Assembly (NCBI RefSeq): GCF_018977255.1
Contig: NW_024704742.1
Coordinates: forward strand, 104,224,001-104,288,000
DNA from: Callorhinchus milii
Lineage: Eukaryota
Direction of reading: 5' to 3'
DNA length: 64,000 bases
A program made the translations under genes and the position numbers. The number at the start of each line of letters is the position of its first letter. The stretch's first letter is position 1. Under the pieces are notes generated by a model. The model had not been told where the DNA came from. It worked only from the letters and a program-made list of their open reading frames with translations, and searched no databases. This document shows positions 23,769 through 37,625 of the stretch, piece by piece.

Positions 23769-26700
23769 GTAAGAGCTCTTTGCTTCTCTCAGGAAACAAT
23801 GTAGACTACAGGAAGTATTAGCTAATTTTATAATGCTTACAGGATGTCTCTGTAAATCTGCCTGGAAGTAAATGCTATGTCAATCTTATTAAGTGGGGTT
23901 GATTATATTAATTGCCTAAAAACTTACAATATGACAAGCTCGAAGTCTCTTTCTCTGGCTGAAAATCTATGCTGCTATGAATTGCAGCACTCCAATGTTT
24001 CAGATTATAAGGGTAAAGCCCACATTCACGAGCAGCTCGTGCTGTGCTGTTGTTCTTACCACCACTACTGCAACAACAGCAACACAAAATTACATTTGTA
24101 ATGTGCCTTTTACGTCGGGAGCACGTCCCAAGGTACTGGACAGTCGGGTATTTGGAGTTGCAGACAGACAGGCAGCTGATCGCATTTTACACTACAGTAT
24201 AATTAGTGCTGGAAAGAGATTTTAGTGTGTTAAGTATGTTGCCTGTTGCTTTGTGTGTGGTAGGCATGCAGCGTTGGAATGAGAAAAAAACATTTGATCC
24301 ATCAAGCCTGTTCCTTCTAGTTCTTCTGAAAGTGCCATTCATCCTGTCATATGCATTTGATCTCCTGAGCAAATATTCTGCAAAGTCTGTCGCTAATCAA
24401 AGACCAATGCTGCAGTTCCTTGACTGCTTGTCTTTCCCGACACACCTTTTCCATGATCTTGGGGACAGCTCTGTTGTATAGTAGGGAAATTAATGATGCG
24501 CTTTGGTGCTGGTTCAGTAAATAATCATATTCACGCTGTAAATATGTTCACATAATGACATTTCACTGGCTGATTTTTGCTGAATTTATCTAGGTGGGGG
24601 GGTTGGGTGTCAATATCTTCTCNCCCCCCCCACCCTGCACTGCCTCCCTAATTTTCCCTTTTCGACAGAAAAAATAGACCCTGGGAAAACAACAAAACCA
24701 AGGTTTCATTTTTGCGGATAAAAAACAGCTGAATGATCTGTAGTTAAATGCCATTTAAAATCTTGCAGCTTATTGAATTTCACAGGTCTCTGTCACAGGA
24801 AGTAGTTTGACGTAGAAAACTATTCTCTCAGAGTTCCCTGTTGTTTTGTGTGATAGCTTTGTGCTTCCCTCCCGCTGAGGCTGAGTTCTGCTGGTGATAG
24901 GAAATTGTTGCTGCTAGATGAACTATAAAGTAAACTACCCTCAGCAATCCAGCTCACTTGCACAGCACACTGCTCCCACACCAAGTCACAAGCATCTCGG
25001 CTATTACTTAGCTCTACATACAAGTGCAATGCATTGCCTTCATGTTTATAATAATAATCTTTGCATTTAATATAACGTTTTATCATGTTATATTAATAAC
25101 GTGATAATTATAAAATAACGGTCAGCACAGCTATATTCTGTGCTTATGTACATATTTTTACCTCGTGAAAAATGTTATTTCTCTTAAATAGAAAATGAAC
25201 TGCAGCTTGACGTCACCAGCTATTTACCCTGAATGCCAGTGAAATGTCATTATGCGACCATATTTACAGCATGAATATGATTATGTACTGAGACATTTCA
25301 AAGCGATTCCCAGAATATACTGTATGTTTTCTGGGCAAAATGAATCCACATTGGAGCTGTGTCATGCACTCAAACATCTGTGTCTCATTCATGTTGCTTT
25401 CCAAGCAATTTGCTGTCTAAACATGTCCTAAACTGATGGGGTTGGGTAAAAAAAACCTCCTCCAGAAAGTGATAGTGTAACTGGTGCCTCATCGGCAGAA
25501 AGTGTGTCATAAACTGTGTCTGCAGCAGGAGCCCCATTTAGTCATGCTGACTGTTGTGACCTTAGTCCTTCTTAGGTCAGAGCAAAGTATGATGTTAATG
25601 GAGTACCTTCCTCGAGATGCAGTTTAGGCTGTGAAATACTCCTTCCCCAGGCAGTGAGTTGCTAGTAATACTGTCCAGTATCCTGGGGGAAGCTTTTTCA
25701 ACCCTCTTGTCTATTTAAAAGAGCAGCATGACATTTCTGTTTACTAACGTTTTACAAAGAATAGACACAGATTCTTTTCGGCTGCAAGTGGGACCAGCAA
25801 TTTTTGTGTACAGAAAGCACGTTTCTTGAAGAGATTACCTGTGTCTGGAAACACGTCTAACTCTCACCAACAGGAAATGTATGGTTAAGCAAATATTCCA
25901 TTGTGGTTTATTATTTGTTATAAGATATTCCTACAATGTTACATAGCTGTACAGACACACCCCATCCTGTGCCTCACCTTTATCTGCAACTGTAAACTGA
26001 GATCATAAAATGCGAACATAGGGAAATAAACTGCGTTTCAATGCGATATGTTTTGTTTTGATGGTAGGTAGTCCAGGGTATCTGTAGCCCATGGACTACC
26101 CATGGACATGTTTTCTCAGTAACAAAAGCCTTCCAGCAGAAAGAGTTTGAATCAAAATTGATTCAGAGCCCAGGATTTCTCATCAGTGACTCCTTTTAAA
26201 AATGGTATTTGTATAGCTGCATCTGTTGTTCATATAAATAAATCTTTACTGGGTTTGCATCAAGCTCAATTTGCAGGCTTGAACTTGTATCAGTATATAT
26301 TCACCAACCAGCTGCAAAAAACAATAATTCTTCTCAACAAAAAGCACCTTTGCCTTTTCACAGCCATGAGTGTGCATGTTTTGATTGTATCTTTGAATAC
26401 AAGCATAATATTAATGTGATAGGACGCTGCAGAAAGAAGGTTGTCCTCTCAATGTGCGCTTTCAGAGTACTATTGGCAAAGAGCTGGGAATAGGCATCCA
26501 CCTGACCTCTAGATTGGAGAAGGAACAAGATGTGCTGAAACCTAATAAAGGGAGGAGAGAAACATTTTTTTTAATAAAGAGGAATCTCTACTCAATAAGG
26601 AGAAAATAGCTTTTCTCAATCCATTTTAGTGTACTCCAAAATAGACATAGTGGTTATTGCACTGCTGGGATGGAGGGAGTGGAGGGGAAGGGAGCAAGGA

Positions 26701-26859
26701 TTGAATAGTGGAGATGTGGGGAGTGAATATTCTGGAGACTTTGCTTAATTGATTTTGAGGATTAGAAACAATCCGTGCAGCACATTTCCCAGGAGTTAGA
26801 GTAGGTAGCTTGGATTCCACAATAGAGTGTGTTTTGGAAGGGATTGGTTTGATGGCCGA

Positions 26860-28670
26860 ATAGCCTTTTCTCTTTCTACTGCCCAATCTCCAATCCTCTC
26901 CAGTGCCAACTGCGAAGTGCTGCTAGACTTCCTTGAAACCAAAGTCAAGGAGATCCGCTCAGCTTCCTTTCCCTTTCCGTCTACTACCCCTCCCCATCTC
27001 CCTCTCACACCCTGGCCCCTACCCATCCCTCCCTCCACACCTTCGAACCTGTCTCCCACTCCTCTCTCACCATCACTATAACCCGCATGAAACCAACCAC
27101 CTCCTACCTCAACCCCATCCCTGCCTCTCCTTACCTCCCAGTTCCACCTCCTTGTCTCTCTATTCACAGACATCATAAACTTCTCCCTGTCCTCTGGCAC
27201 CATTCCCACCCCTTTACAAATGGCCGTCATCACTCCTATCCTTAAAAAAACATCCCTAGACCCATCCCTGCTCTCAAACTACCGCCCCATCTCTAACCTC
27301 CCTTTCCTTTCCAAAGTCCTGGAAGGAATCGTTGCTTCCCAGCTTAGCTTGTTCCTCTCCTGCCACTCCCTTCACAAACCCCTGCCATCAGGTTTCCGTG
27401 CCGCCCACAGCACAGAAACAGTTTAGGTCAAAGTGACAAATGACATTCTCGCCATCTGCGAACAGGGCTCCTCATCCTTCTTGACCTCTCTGCTGCCTTT
27501 GATACCATTGACCACTCTATCCTCCTCCACCACTACCCTCACCTCAACCTTCATGGTTCTGTCCTTGAATGATTCAAATCCTACCTCTCACACGGTCTCC
27601 ACTTCATCTCCACAAAACGGTTTCTCTTCTAGCTCCTGCACCACTTCCGTGTGGCATTCCTCAGGGCTCTGTCCTTGATCCCCTCCTCTTCAATATGCTC
27701 ATTTTTGGTGACATCATCTGCAGACATGGGATCAACTTCCACATGTATGCGGATGACACCCAACTGTATCTCTCTGCCTCCACCCTTGACTCCAGGACCA
27801 CTTCGGTCCTGACAGAATGTCGGTCAGACATCAAGTCCTGGATGAAAGCCTTCAGTTGCACGTCAACAAGACCGAGGCTCTCCTGATTGGCTCCCATCAG
27901 CGCCTCCTCACCTCAGGCGCTGACAGCATCACCATCGATGGTTGCACACTCCACCTTACTAAGCCAGTCCGGAACCTTGGGGTCTTGTTTGACCCTCAAC
28001 TTTCCTTTCTTCCCCTCCGTCTGCGCCATGACCCGCTCTGCCTTCCCCCACCTCCTCAACATCTTCAGGCTCCGCCACTGTCTCACTCCGCAGGCAGCCG
28101 AAACTCTCATACACGCTTTCATTACATCCAGCCCTCACGAAGCAAATTCGCTGCTTGTCGGCCTCCCCAACTACTCCCTCCGTAGGTTGCAGATCATCCA
28201 GAGCTCTGCAGCCCATGTCCTCTCCCTCACCAGGCTCAGTGACCCTCTCACCACCAGGTTCACTCGACTCCACTGGCTTGGATACAGTTCAAGATCCTGG
28301 TCCTCACCTTCAAAGCCCTCCATGGCCTTGCCCCCCCCTATCTCTATGACCACCTAACCCCCTACCATCCTGCCCGCTCCCAACCTGCTTCACGTCCCCT
28401 GCCTCACCCACCCCACCATTGGCAGGCGAGCCTTCAGCCCACTCTGTGCTCACCCTCTGGAACTCCATCCCGCAGTTCCTCCGCCTTGCCCCCTCCCTTC
28501 CTTCCTTCAAGACCCATCTCAAGATCCTCCTCTTCGACTGTGCCTTTAATCACCCTCATTCTTCCCTTGCTCTCCACCCTCCACGATTGGGTCCAAAACA
28601 CTGACTGTCCAGCGCCTTGGGACGTCCTCCCGATGTGAAAGGCACTATGCAAATGTAATTTTGTTGTTGT
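26860..28670 (+). mobile_element. Older L2 copy with frameshifted RT
   Basis: [31 protein letters not shown] remnants in shifting frames; L2 stem-loop and TTG tail. Confidence 0.9.
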
Positions 28671-29449
28671 ACTATTTCGTGTCTTCTCAGCTAAACAACA
28701 TACACATGGTTTTGCCACTCATCTGCGGTCAAAGACAGTCATTAGGTTGCTATCATATCATACTCTGAGATATCTTCTGCAGTATTTATGAAGTCCGATG
28801 CTCTGGTGCAGCTTATATTACAAAACAGTTTGAATTGCTTGAAAATACTGCTGGATCAGCATAATGCTTCCTGACCCTAAACTCTGAAATCACCTTGGAA
28901 TTTTGACTGAACAGGGTTTTGCAACTATAATTACCAGTAACATGATTCCTGTATCACACGTTGTCAGACATGTTCGTTGTGATAGATGAAACATCAATGG
29001 CTTTGCTTCAGGGACTGAAGTGTAATACTCGCTGAAAATGTAATGCACTAAATTAATTCTTTCAGATTTGTCCATTTCTTGCAAAAAAAGTTATATACAC
29101 ATTCCACCTGCTCCGTCAGGTTATTTTTGTTGAACAATCTTTTTGCTGTGCTAGGTAATTCTAAGTATGAAAAGTTATAATAAAATGCATGGGACAGTAT
29201 CTGACTTTACTCACAGTGCTGGTGGTTGAAATCAGTTGTCCTATTAATATTGGTAAACATGGAGTTGGCTGATTAGCATTGATCAGTTCCAAATTAAGCC
29301 TCTCAGATGTTGGATTCAGCTATTACAAAGAGTTAGTATCAGTTTTGGTATGAAAGAACCACTGACCTTGGTTTACACTTTGAATTCCTTCTTGCTTTGG
29401 TTATTTACCTAGTCTGTCCTAACAGGCAAAAGCCAGCCTCGAACAGTAC

Positions 29450-29766
29450 AATAGTAGAGCACTCTCCTCGCAAGCAAGTGACCTGGGTTCGATTCCTGGC
29501 AAGGCGAAATGTTGGGCAAATTTACTCCACACGCCTCTGTTTACCTAGCAGTAAGTAGGAACTCGGTTATTAGTCGATTGGTGTATTGTTTTTCCAGGGG
29601 TAATAATTCCTTTAAAAAATAATAAATTGGTCACTTCAATCCATGACTGTTTGGGCGACACTCCTGTGCTGCGTTTCACCCACAAGATATACACTTTATA
29701 GTGTATTCTGTGAAGCGCTTTGAGATGTCTCAAAGACGTGATAAGGCACTATATCAAATGTAAGGG
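29450..29766 (+). mobile_element. tRNA SINE, long-middle subtype, diverged
   Basis: Partial head, GCCTCTGTTTACCTAGCAGTAAGTAGG middle, tail. Confidence 0.8.
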
Positions 29767-30601
29767 TCTTGGTGACCTGCGGAGTGAGACAGTGACGGAG
29801 CCAGGCTATGTTGCAATGGTGGGGAAGGTAGAGCAGGTCATGGTATGGACGTGGGGAGGAAAGGATAGTTGAGGGTCAAACAAGATGCCAAGAATCTGGA
29901 CTGGCCCAGTGAGGTGGAGTATACGTTAACTTGATATTTAACAGGCTGATAGATAGTATTTGTTACAGTTGATTAATTATTTGTGTAATTTATGGTTGTA
30001 ATTCATTGTTATTTGTCAAAATCACTTGAGAACTATTTCCTAGGAGTTTGGGATTCTGAACAAACCATAATGAAAATATCATTGAGAGTTTTCTTAACCG
30101 TGTCCCATTCAAGCTTTCTGTTAATTTTCAATATAAGAGGAAGTAGCACAAACAAGTTCAGCCTAAGTCACAGAGGTATTCGAAAATAAGCCTCTGATTG
30201 ACTGAAGGTTCCCAGTTTGCATCAATTAAAGATCAATCTGGGAGTACTTATTGCTGTGAAACAAATTCAATTAGCAAGAAATACTTAGAGATAAGCTCTT
30301 GCAATACATTAGTGACAATCGATTACAGAGGCCACCCAATAAACTGTGAGGGGGTATTGAGCCATATGGTGGAGATACAAATTAAGAGTGTAGAACCGAC
30401 TAATATGGATTTTTTGAAACTATGGCTTCTGCCTCAATCACCACTCCTGGCAGGGTATTCCATAACCTAACTACTCTCAGTGAAAAAGTACTCCTCACCT
30501 GCCTATTTGCTCATTTGCTAACAATAGATGATTTACTCTTAGCACTCAGGGCGTTGTGAATTTCATTCAGGATTATGGAATTTTTACTTGAAAGAATAGT
30601 G

Positions 30602-30667
30602 AGTGACGCAGTAATGTCAGTCAGTGACACTAATGTCAGTCAGTGACACTGTTATGTCAGTCAGTGA
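30602..30667. repeat. Short tandem repeat, about 19-21 bp x3
   Basis: TAATGTCAGTCAGTGACAC units. Confidence 0.85.
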
Positions 30668-30764
30668 TTAGATTGTCCACGTTTACAGTAATATAGGTTG
30701 CTTACACCTGGAGTACTTTGGTATTGTAATTCGTAATGCAATTCCATATTCCTTAAGTGAAATT

Positions 30765-31240
30765 GCAGAACAGAAGGGGGCCATTCTTCCCATCCAGTTT
30801 ATTCTGTACTACCTCCTCCTCCATTTAATCTAATTTCTCTAATGCCAATTCCCTGCACTTCCTCCATACCATTTTATATTCTGTGTTTCAAATATATACC
30901 TAAACCCTTTTGCACTATTGCTGTGGTCTCAGCCTCATTGAAGAGTTAAGGGAAAGCATTCCAAGTTCTGACAGTTTGTGGGTGAAACATATCCTCTTAT
31001 CTCCCCCTTGACTCCCTCAGTTACAATCCTGATCTTACGGCCCCATGTTACTGATTTATTACCCAACTAGCGGGAATAATTTTTCACTGTCTAACCTTTC
31101 AAAACCTCTCAGCACTTTAAATACCTCTGTTAGTTCCTTTCTTATCCTTCTCCATTCCAGTCAAAACAATATTTGTTTTTCAAACCAATCTTAAGAAATA
31201 TAACTCCTCATCTCTGCTTATATTGCTGTGAACCTATCTT
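30765..31240 (-). mobile_element. Old CR1 3' fragment
   Basis: Same layout as 36148-36650 (3' UTR, TTCCA..TTC..ACA, AAAACCTCTC..CACTTTAAA). Confidence 0.6.
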
Positions 31241-31260
31241 AATAATACAATACATTTTGT

Positions 31261-31580
31261 GGAGTCCTGTAGCTCAGTGGTTAGAGCACTCGCTTTGCAA
31301 GCGAGAGACCTGAGATCAATAACAGGCAGGGTGAAACCTTGGGCAAGTTTCCTTACTCCACACGCCTAATAATAATCCCTCCAAAAACCAAAAACAATAA
31401 TAAATTGGTCATTTTCAATCTACGACTGTTTGTGGGACATTGCTGTGCGCAATTGGCTGCCGTGTTCGCCCACAAATATACAGTCAATTCCCTTTACAGT
31501 GTGTTCTGTGAAGCGCTTTGGGACGTCCTCCCGACGTGAAAAGCGCTATATCAAATGCAAGGATTATTATTATTATTATT
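31261..31580 (+). mobile_element. Young tRNA-derived SINE, full length
   Basis: Same consensus as the 4547 copy. Confidence 0.93.
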
Positions 31581-32280
31581 TATATAGCGGCTTTCCTGTC
31601 AGGAGAATGTCTCAAAGCGCTTTACACTACTGGCTCGGCACCTGTGCTGGGGACAGTAGCCCAGCGAGGTGGGGAGAGGAAAGATGACTGAAAGCACAGT
31701 CAAAGAGTAAGTCTTCATGTGGGGAGAGTGGTAGGAGAGAAGAAGCGAGTGAGAGTAATGAAGGATCAGACGGGCATGGTCAGCCCTCTGGCATGGATGG
31801 AGCCAGGGGAGACAATAATCCTCGCATTTGACATAGCACCTTTCATGTTTTATTTCAAAGCACTTCACAGAATTAACAATAAAGTCCAGTGACTGTGCAT
31901 TTTGTAGGCAAAACACAGCATCCAATTTGTGCACAGCAACATCCTAAAACAGCCATGAAGTGAGCATTGTACCTTTTTCAGTAGCTTTGATGTCCCTTTC
32001 CTCGTGGGACATCCAGAACTGCATGCAGTACTCCAACTCTAGCCATTTGCGTATGGTAGTCAGTAAGTTGGTTATTCAAACCTGAAGTTATTTAGTAGTG
32101 CTAGTCGATGTTTAGATTTGTTGAATGAATTATTCACAAATACAGTAGCTCACTGCAATCTGATATGCATATGCACATCTTCTTTGTGTCTTGTTACTAA
32201 TAAAGAAATTATATGAATGAATATTTCTGTAACAGTAACCTGTCCTTTTCACTGTGACTATTGATATATGAGTACCCAAC

Positions 32281-32562
32281 AGCATTTCAGCTTGGCTCAG
32301 TTGGTAGCACATTCGCTGTTGAGCAAGAAGGTTGTGCATACAGGCCCCACCTCAGGAATTGAAAGTCAATCTAGGATGGCACTTCAGTTAAGTAGTGGGA
32401 GAAAACTGCATTGTTGGAGGTGCCATCTTTCAGATGAGATGTTAAAGTGGGCAAGAGAAGTGGGTCTCTCACAGTGTCCAATAATCCCCCAGGTAAAATC
32501 ATAAAATGACCCATGGTTATGTAGAAATTGTCTGCCATGTTCACCTACAAAATACACTGTGA
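32281..32562 (+). mobile_element. Old Deu-SINE, degraded
   Basis: CAGCTTGGCTCAGTTGGTAGCAC head; GGAGGTGCCATCTTTCAGATGAGATGTTAAA body. Confidence 0.7.
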
Positions 32563-33613
32563 AAGATTCATAGATACACAGACATAGAAACAGGATAAGG
32601 CTATTCAGCCCCTCAAGCCTGTTCCACCATTTTATAAGATTATGGCCAGTTACTCGCCCTTGCCCCATATCCCTTATTGGAGCCACTATTCACTTAATAG
32701 TAAAGCTTTGAGAAGTCTTCCTGACTTGAAAGGCATGATATAAAAAATACAAGAATTAAAGGCTCGGTGGGCTGAATGTCCTCCACCAATGAATTTCTAT
32801 AAGTTTCTCTATTTGTTATTTCTTGAATCAGTCAGTTACTTTGAAATGCGTGTCATTGCAAAAAATACCACCAGCTAACCACCAGGATATATGTTTCAAA
32901 TTACAACTTGCAGAGACATACTGTACAAAAGTGAAGTGAATTATTAAACACTAACATGTTTAAACTCCTATATTATCCTCAGCTAAAAGTGAATTATGTT
33001 GAGAAATCTTCATTGCGCCCTTTGCTTTTGCACATTACTTAATGATCTATAGCCCTTTCTACTGAATATTTAAAATGCTTTATTGTACTTTGAGATGTGT
33101 AAAGCACAGCACCAGTATTATTATATGCCACAATTCCTGAAATGTGATCATGTTCTCACATATTTCATGGACTAACTTGGCAGGTAAATGAGATCTTGCC
33201 TTAAATCAACATTATGTTGACAGATGGATTCCTTGGAAATAGAATATACAGGGTTAATTGCAGGGCTTTGTTCTACACATCAATAAAAGCTTTCTACCGG
33301 CAATATATTTTAAGTTTGCATAACAAGAGTACAGTACTGATATTTAATACATTGAACAGTACTTTGTTCTAGGCAGGATAGATTAGGGACAAAGGAAATA
33401 GTTCAGGCTGTACGCAGCTTCACCTGCATTTGCTCAGTTGAATGACCTAACTTGTTTTTCCACATTATTCCCTTTAATATTGTGTTGTTAAAATCTATGT
33501 GAATTGTGCGCACTGCCATGTACAGCGCTGAAGTTAATGCTCCATTTTCTTTGTTGCCTATTAAACCTATTCTCGCAGCTCTCTGAGCTTAAAAACGTCA
33601 GAGGCCAAAATTG

Positions 33614-33839
33614 TCATCTAGTCTTAGCCTGTAAAACCAAGTATTTTTGTCCTAAAATTTATCAACGTGCAAAATTGTAGAAAATTCTTAAGTTCAATTT
33701 TAGTTTGGAAGCCAGTTTTCTGCAGTTCTGAAACGAAAAAGAACCAGCTTCCACATTAAAACTGAATTGAAGGATGTTTGATCAATTTGCTTATTCTTAA
33801 ATTTTAAGGCAAAATGGTCCTGCATCTAAAACTAGATGA
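33614..33839. repeat. Long imperfect palindrome (foldback/MITE relic)
   Basis: TCATCTAGTCTTAG/CTAAAACTAGATGA, TTTTGTCCTAAAATTT/AAATTTTAAGGCAAAA and AGTTCAATTTTAGTTTGGAAGC/GCTTCCACATTAAAACTGAATT pair in nested order. Confidence 0.8.
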
Positions 33840-35647
33840 AATATTGGGTATCAGGAGAATCCAAATCTTACCTCAATTTCTGGGGTATTTAGGGATTTAG
33901 GGATCTTTGACTGTGAGATTTAGATTCCTTCACAATTTCCCAATGTACAGCCTTGAGAATTATAAGGCATCAACATCGGTCTATGCACTTATCTCAACAG
34001 GAAAAACTTCTCATATACGAATGGGGCAACTTCCGTGACATTTGAATGCTCTTATGATGTCATAGAAACTTGCTGCGTTGACTTGCAGTGCATTACAATA
34101 CAGTTATTTTTTATACAGTTCTTAAAGAGGTTTAAAACTTTACTTTTATTGTTAGAAACTCTTTCAATGTCTATCGCTGTCTATGGGTTTTTGCCCCGTC
34201 TGTGGTTGTCCTATTCCCTTCAACTGGCGGAGACTGGGCTGTGTTGCCATCTGTGATTGAGGAGCCAGGTGGGAGGAGGGGTCAGTCGTGCTCTGCTCCA
34301 AAGCTGAAAATGTCGGTTACACAATGCTTTATTTAACAATTGAAAGTATTCCCAGCGAGGGCCGGCAAGTTCAAATGACAGTCGAAGCTTCCCATTATTT
34401 CAAAGTGTAAACTACCATTACCGTGCCTTTGGCTGGAGGACATGTGTTGAGGCTGAAGTTGATGTTTACAGCTGAGTGGAACTCCAGCCCTCAATCACTT
34501 GTGTTTTGGAAATTCAATATAATGGCAACACATTTACTTCATTATGCTGGTTGTGTTGACACGTTGTGAATTCAAGGTATCAATTCAGCCCCCTTCTTAT
34601 CATCCACAATATGTTAGTATAATATGGCCAGGTTGATTTCCACGGGTACATAAAGGATATGTTTTTTGAATCCCATTTTAAGGGAAAAGTAGTCCTAATG
34701 AGCAGAGTGAGCAGAGTGGTAAAGTCATTAAGGAGATTACCTAGTTGCAATTACTATTAAACATAATTTCCATTCAAAACACTGAAATACAGTGTCCCAT
34801 TTTCAGTTGATTCCCAGTTTATACAATACTTCAATGCAATTTTTTGAAGCATAAGTTTTAAAAAATATTACAATTGAAGTGGGTGGAAAGGGTTGCTATG
34901 AAGGCGTGAAAATTGCAATTTTCGTAGCAGATTGAATGTAATGTTTTCACCCATAATTATTACATCCAATCAGTTTGGTTTAGATACTCTTAAGTATGGT
35001 AATGGGTTTCCACACTTGTCAGACACCTGGCTGCCAAAAACAAATTATTTAGAAGCACCTGAATTTGCAATCTATTCCGAAGAGCTGGTATGAATCCATT
35101 TCCCCTGACTTCAGCAAAATATTGATTTATCCGCACATCTCCACCATTCAGCCTTGGCCTCCTTGTCTCCACAACATAACCCTCCTCACCCATTGCCCAC
35201 TGCCACCCATCTCCAGCAGCTCACTGGCCATTGTTTCCAGTGAAGAATTTGCTCATCTCACTCTGGCACCTGGAAGCTTCATTGTACATCTCAAGCAGTT
35301 ATTTATCCAGCTCTTTTTTTCGTTTGAAGGAGTAAATTAATGCAGCATTAACTGTACTTTCGGCAGTCTGTTCCACACATCTGCAACTCTGGAGAATTTA
35401 TTTTCATAATCATTTGAATATAACGTGTCTGAAATTGAAGCGAATAATAAGACATTTTTTTTCTCTCTTTTGCCTTCCCAGCTTTGTTTCTTTGATGAAT
35501 ATCTGATCAGACATTAGTCAGGCACCTTATTAATTAAGCAATGTGCGTTTCTGTGGTTACACTCTGACATTAGTATTAGTTCTGATGTGAGTTTGTTCGA
35601 GCAGCTTAGACTTGCTAGGGTAACATTTCTCCTTTGCTTTCTCCCAG

Positions 35648-35735
35648 GGGTCAAGTTCCTGCTGAGGCAGAACTGAATTACTTACAAGTTGCCAAATTAT
35701 TAGAGATGTATGGAGTTGATCTCCATCCTGTTTTT
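35648..35735 (+). CDS. EPB41L4A: EPB41L4A exon 7
   Basis: cccag|G...TTT|gtaagt; 88 nt; [29 protein letters not shown] (FERM LEMYG motif). Confidence 0.96.
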
Positions 35736-36147
35736 GTAAGTATGGCATTCACAAATGAGGGTAAAGTAGATGCTATTCCATTAAAAATATATACAATTTT
35801 CTCCTCTCCTCAAAGTGCTAACTCACAGTGTATGGTGTGATACCTTGGATGCTGTAAATCCTCTGACTTTTTACCCAAGTTTCCATCTTTATGCGTGAGC
35901 CTATAAATGTCAGCAAACTAGTCATCTTCAGGCATGTCATGATAATAATAATCCTTGCATTTGACATAGCGCCTTTCACGCTGGGGGACATCTCAAAGCT
36001 CTTCACATGATTTATTGTAAAGAATAGTGACTATTTTTTCAGTGAACACCTACAAAATACAGAGTCCAACTCTGATTTTGTCACACTTACTCTTTGCACT
36101 CCAGTTATTTCAAGGCCTACTATAATCCCTACTATAATTTGGTAATT

Positions 36148-37625
36148 TCATAGAATCATAGAATCATGCAGCACAGGAGGAGGCCATTTGGCACATTGTG
36201 CCGGATCTTTGAAAAGAGCTATCCAATTCAATCCCACTCTCCTGCTCTCTCAGCATAGCCCTGCAAACTTGTCCTCCCCAAATAATTATCTACTTCTCTC
36301 TAAAAAGCTGTTATCGAATCGACTTCCACCACCCTTTCAGGCAATGCATTCCAATTGCGAACAACTCACTGTGTGAAAACATTTTGCCTCCTCTCCCCTC
36401 TGTTTCCTTTTAACAACTATTTTAAATCGATGCTCTCGGGTTACCGACCGATCCACCAGTGGAAATAGTTTCTCCTTGTTCACCCTATCGAATTCCCTCA
36501 CAATTTTGAAAACTTCTATTAAGTCTCCTCTTAACCTTCTCTGTTCCAAGGAGAATAATCCTAGCTTCTCTAGTCTCTCTTGATAACTGAAGTCCCTCAT
36601 TCCTGGTACCATCCTGGTAAATCTCCTTTGTACCCTTTCCAATGTCTTGACATCTTTCCTAAAGTGTGGCCAGAACTGAACACAATACTCTAGCTGAGGC
36701 CTAACCAGTGTTTTATAAAGATTTATCATAACTTCCTGACTTTTGTATTCTATGCCCCTATTTATAAAGTCTAGTATTCTGTATGTTTTTTTAACAGCTT
36801 TACCTACCTGTCCTGCCACCTTCAAAGATTTGCTTATATGAACCCCAGGTATCTCTGTTCCTTCACCCTCTTTAAGATTGTACCATCAGCTTATATTGCC
36901 GCTCCTCATTCTTCCACCCCGTTCACCACCACTCTCTGCTTTCTGTCTCTCAGCCAGTCTGTATCCATTTAATACCATGGGCTTCTATTTTGCTGACAAG
37001 TCTCTTATGTGGCACTACTGACATTAGGCTGATTGGCCTGTAGCTCTCAGGTTTATCCTTCTGCCCCTTTTTGTATAGTGGAGTAACATTTGCAACCCTC
37101 CAGTCCTCTGGCAGCACCCCGGTGTCCAAGGAAGATTGAAAGATCGTGGCCAGAGCCTCCGTTACTTCCACCCTTATTTCCCTCAGTAACCTAGACCAGG
37201 TGCCTTATCTACCTTGAGCATCGACAACCTTTTTAGTACCTCCTCTCCGTTTATTCTTATCTTATCCAATTTCTCTACCCTCTCCTACAATACTGTGGCG
37301 TTGGCTGCATCCTCTTCTTTTGTGAAGACAGATGCAAAGTACTCATTCAGGATGTCAGCCATGCCCTCTGCCTCCACAAGAAGATTTCCCCTTTGGTCCC
37401 TAATTGGACCCACCCTGTGTCTAACTATTTATTCTTTATATGCTTATAAAATACCTTAGGGTTCCTTTTTATGTTACCCATTAATCTTTTCTCATACAAT
37501 CTCTTTGCCTCCCTTATTTCCTTTTTGTGTTCTCCTCTGTACTTTCTATATTCTATTGGATTATCTTCTATATTTTGGACCTGACATTTATCATAAGCCT
37601 CTTTTTTCTGTTTTATTTTAATCCC
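36148..37625 (-). mobile_element. CR1 LINE, internally deleted (family 1)
   Basis: PEDWRVANVTPLYKKG, VPHKRL, LVRPQLEYC, RRLRGDLIEVFK; (CATAGAAT)n tail on +. Confidence 0.92.
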
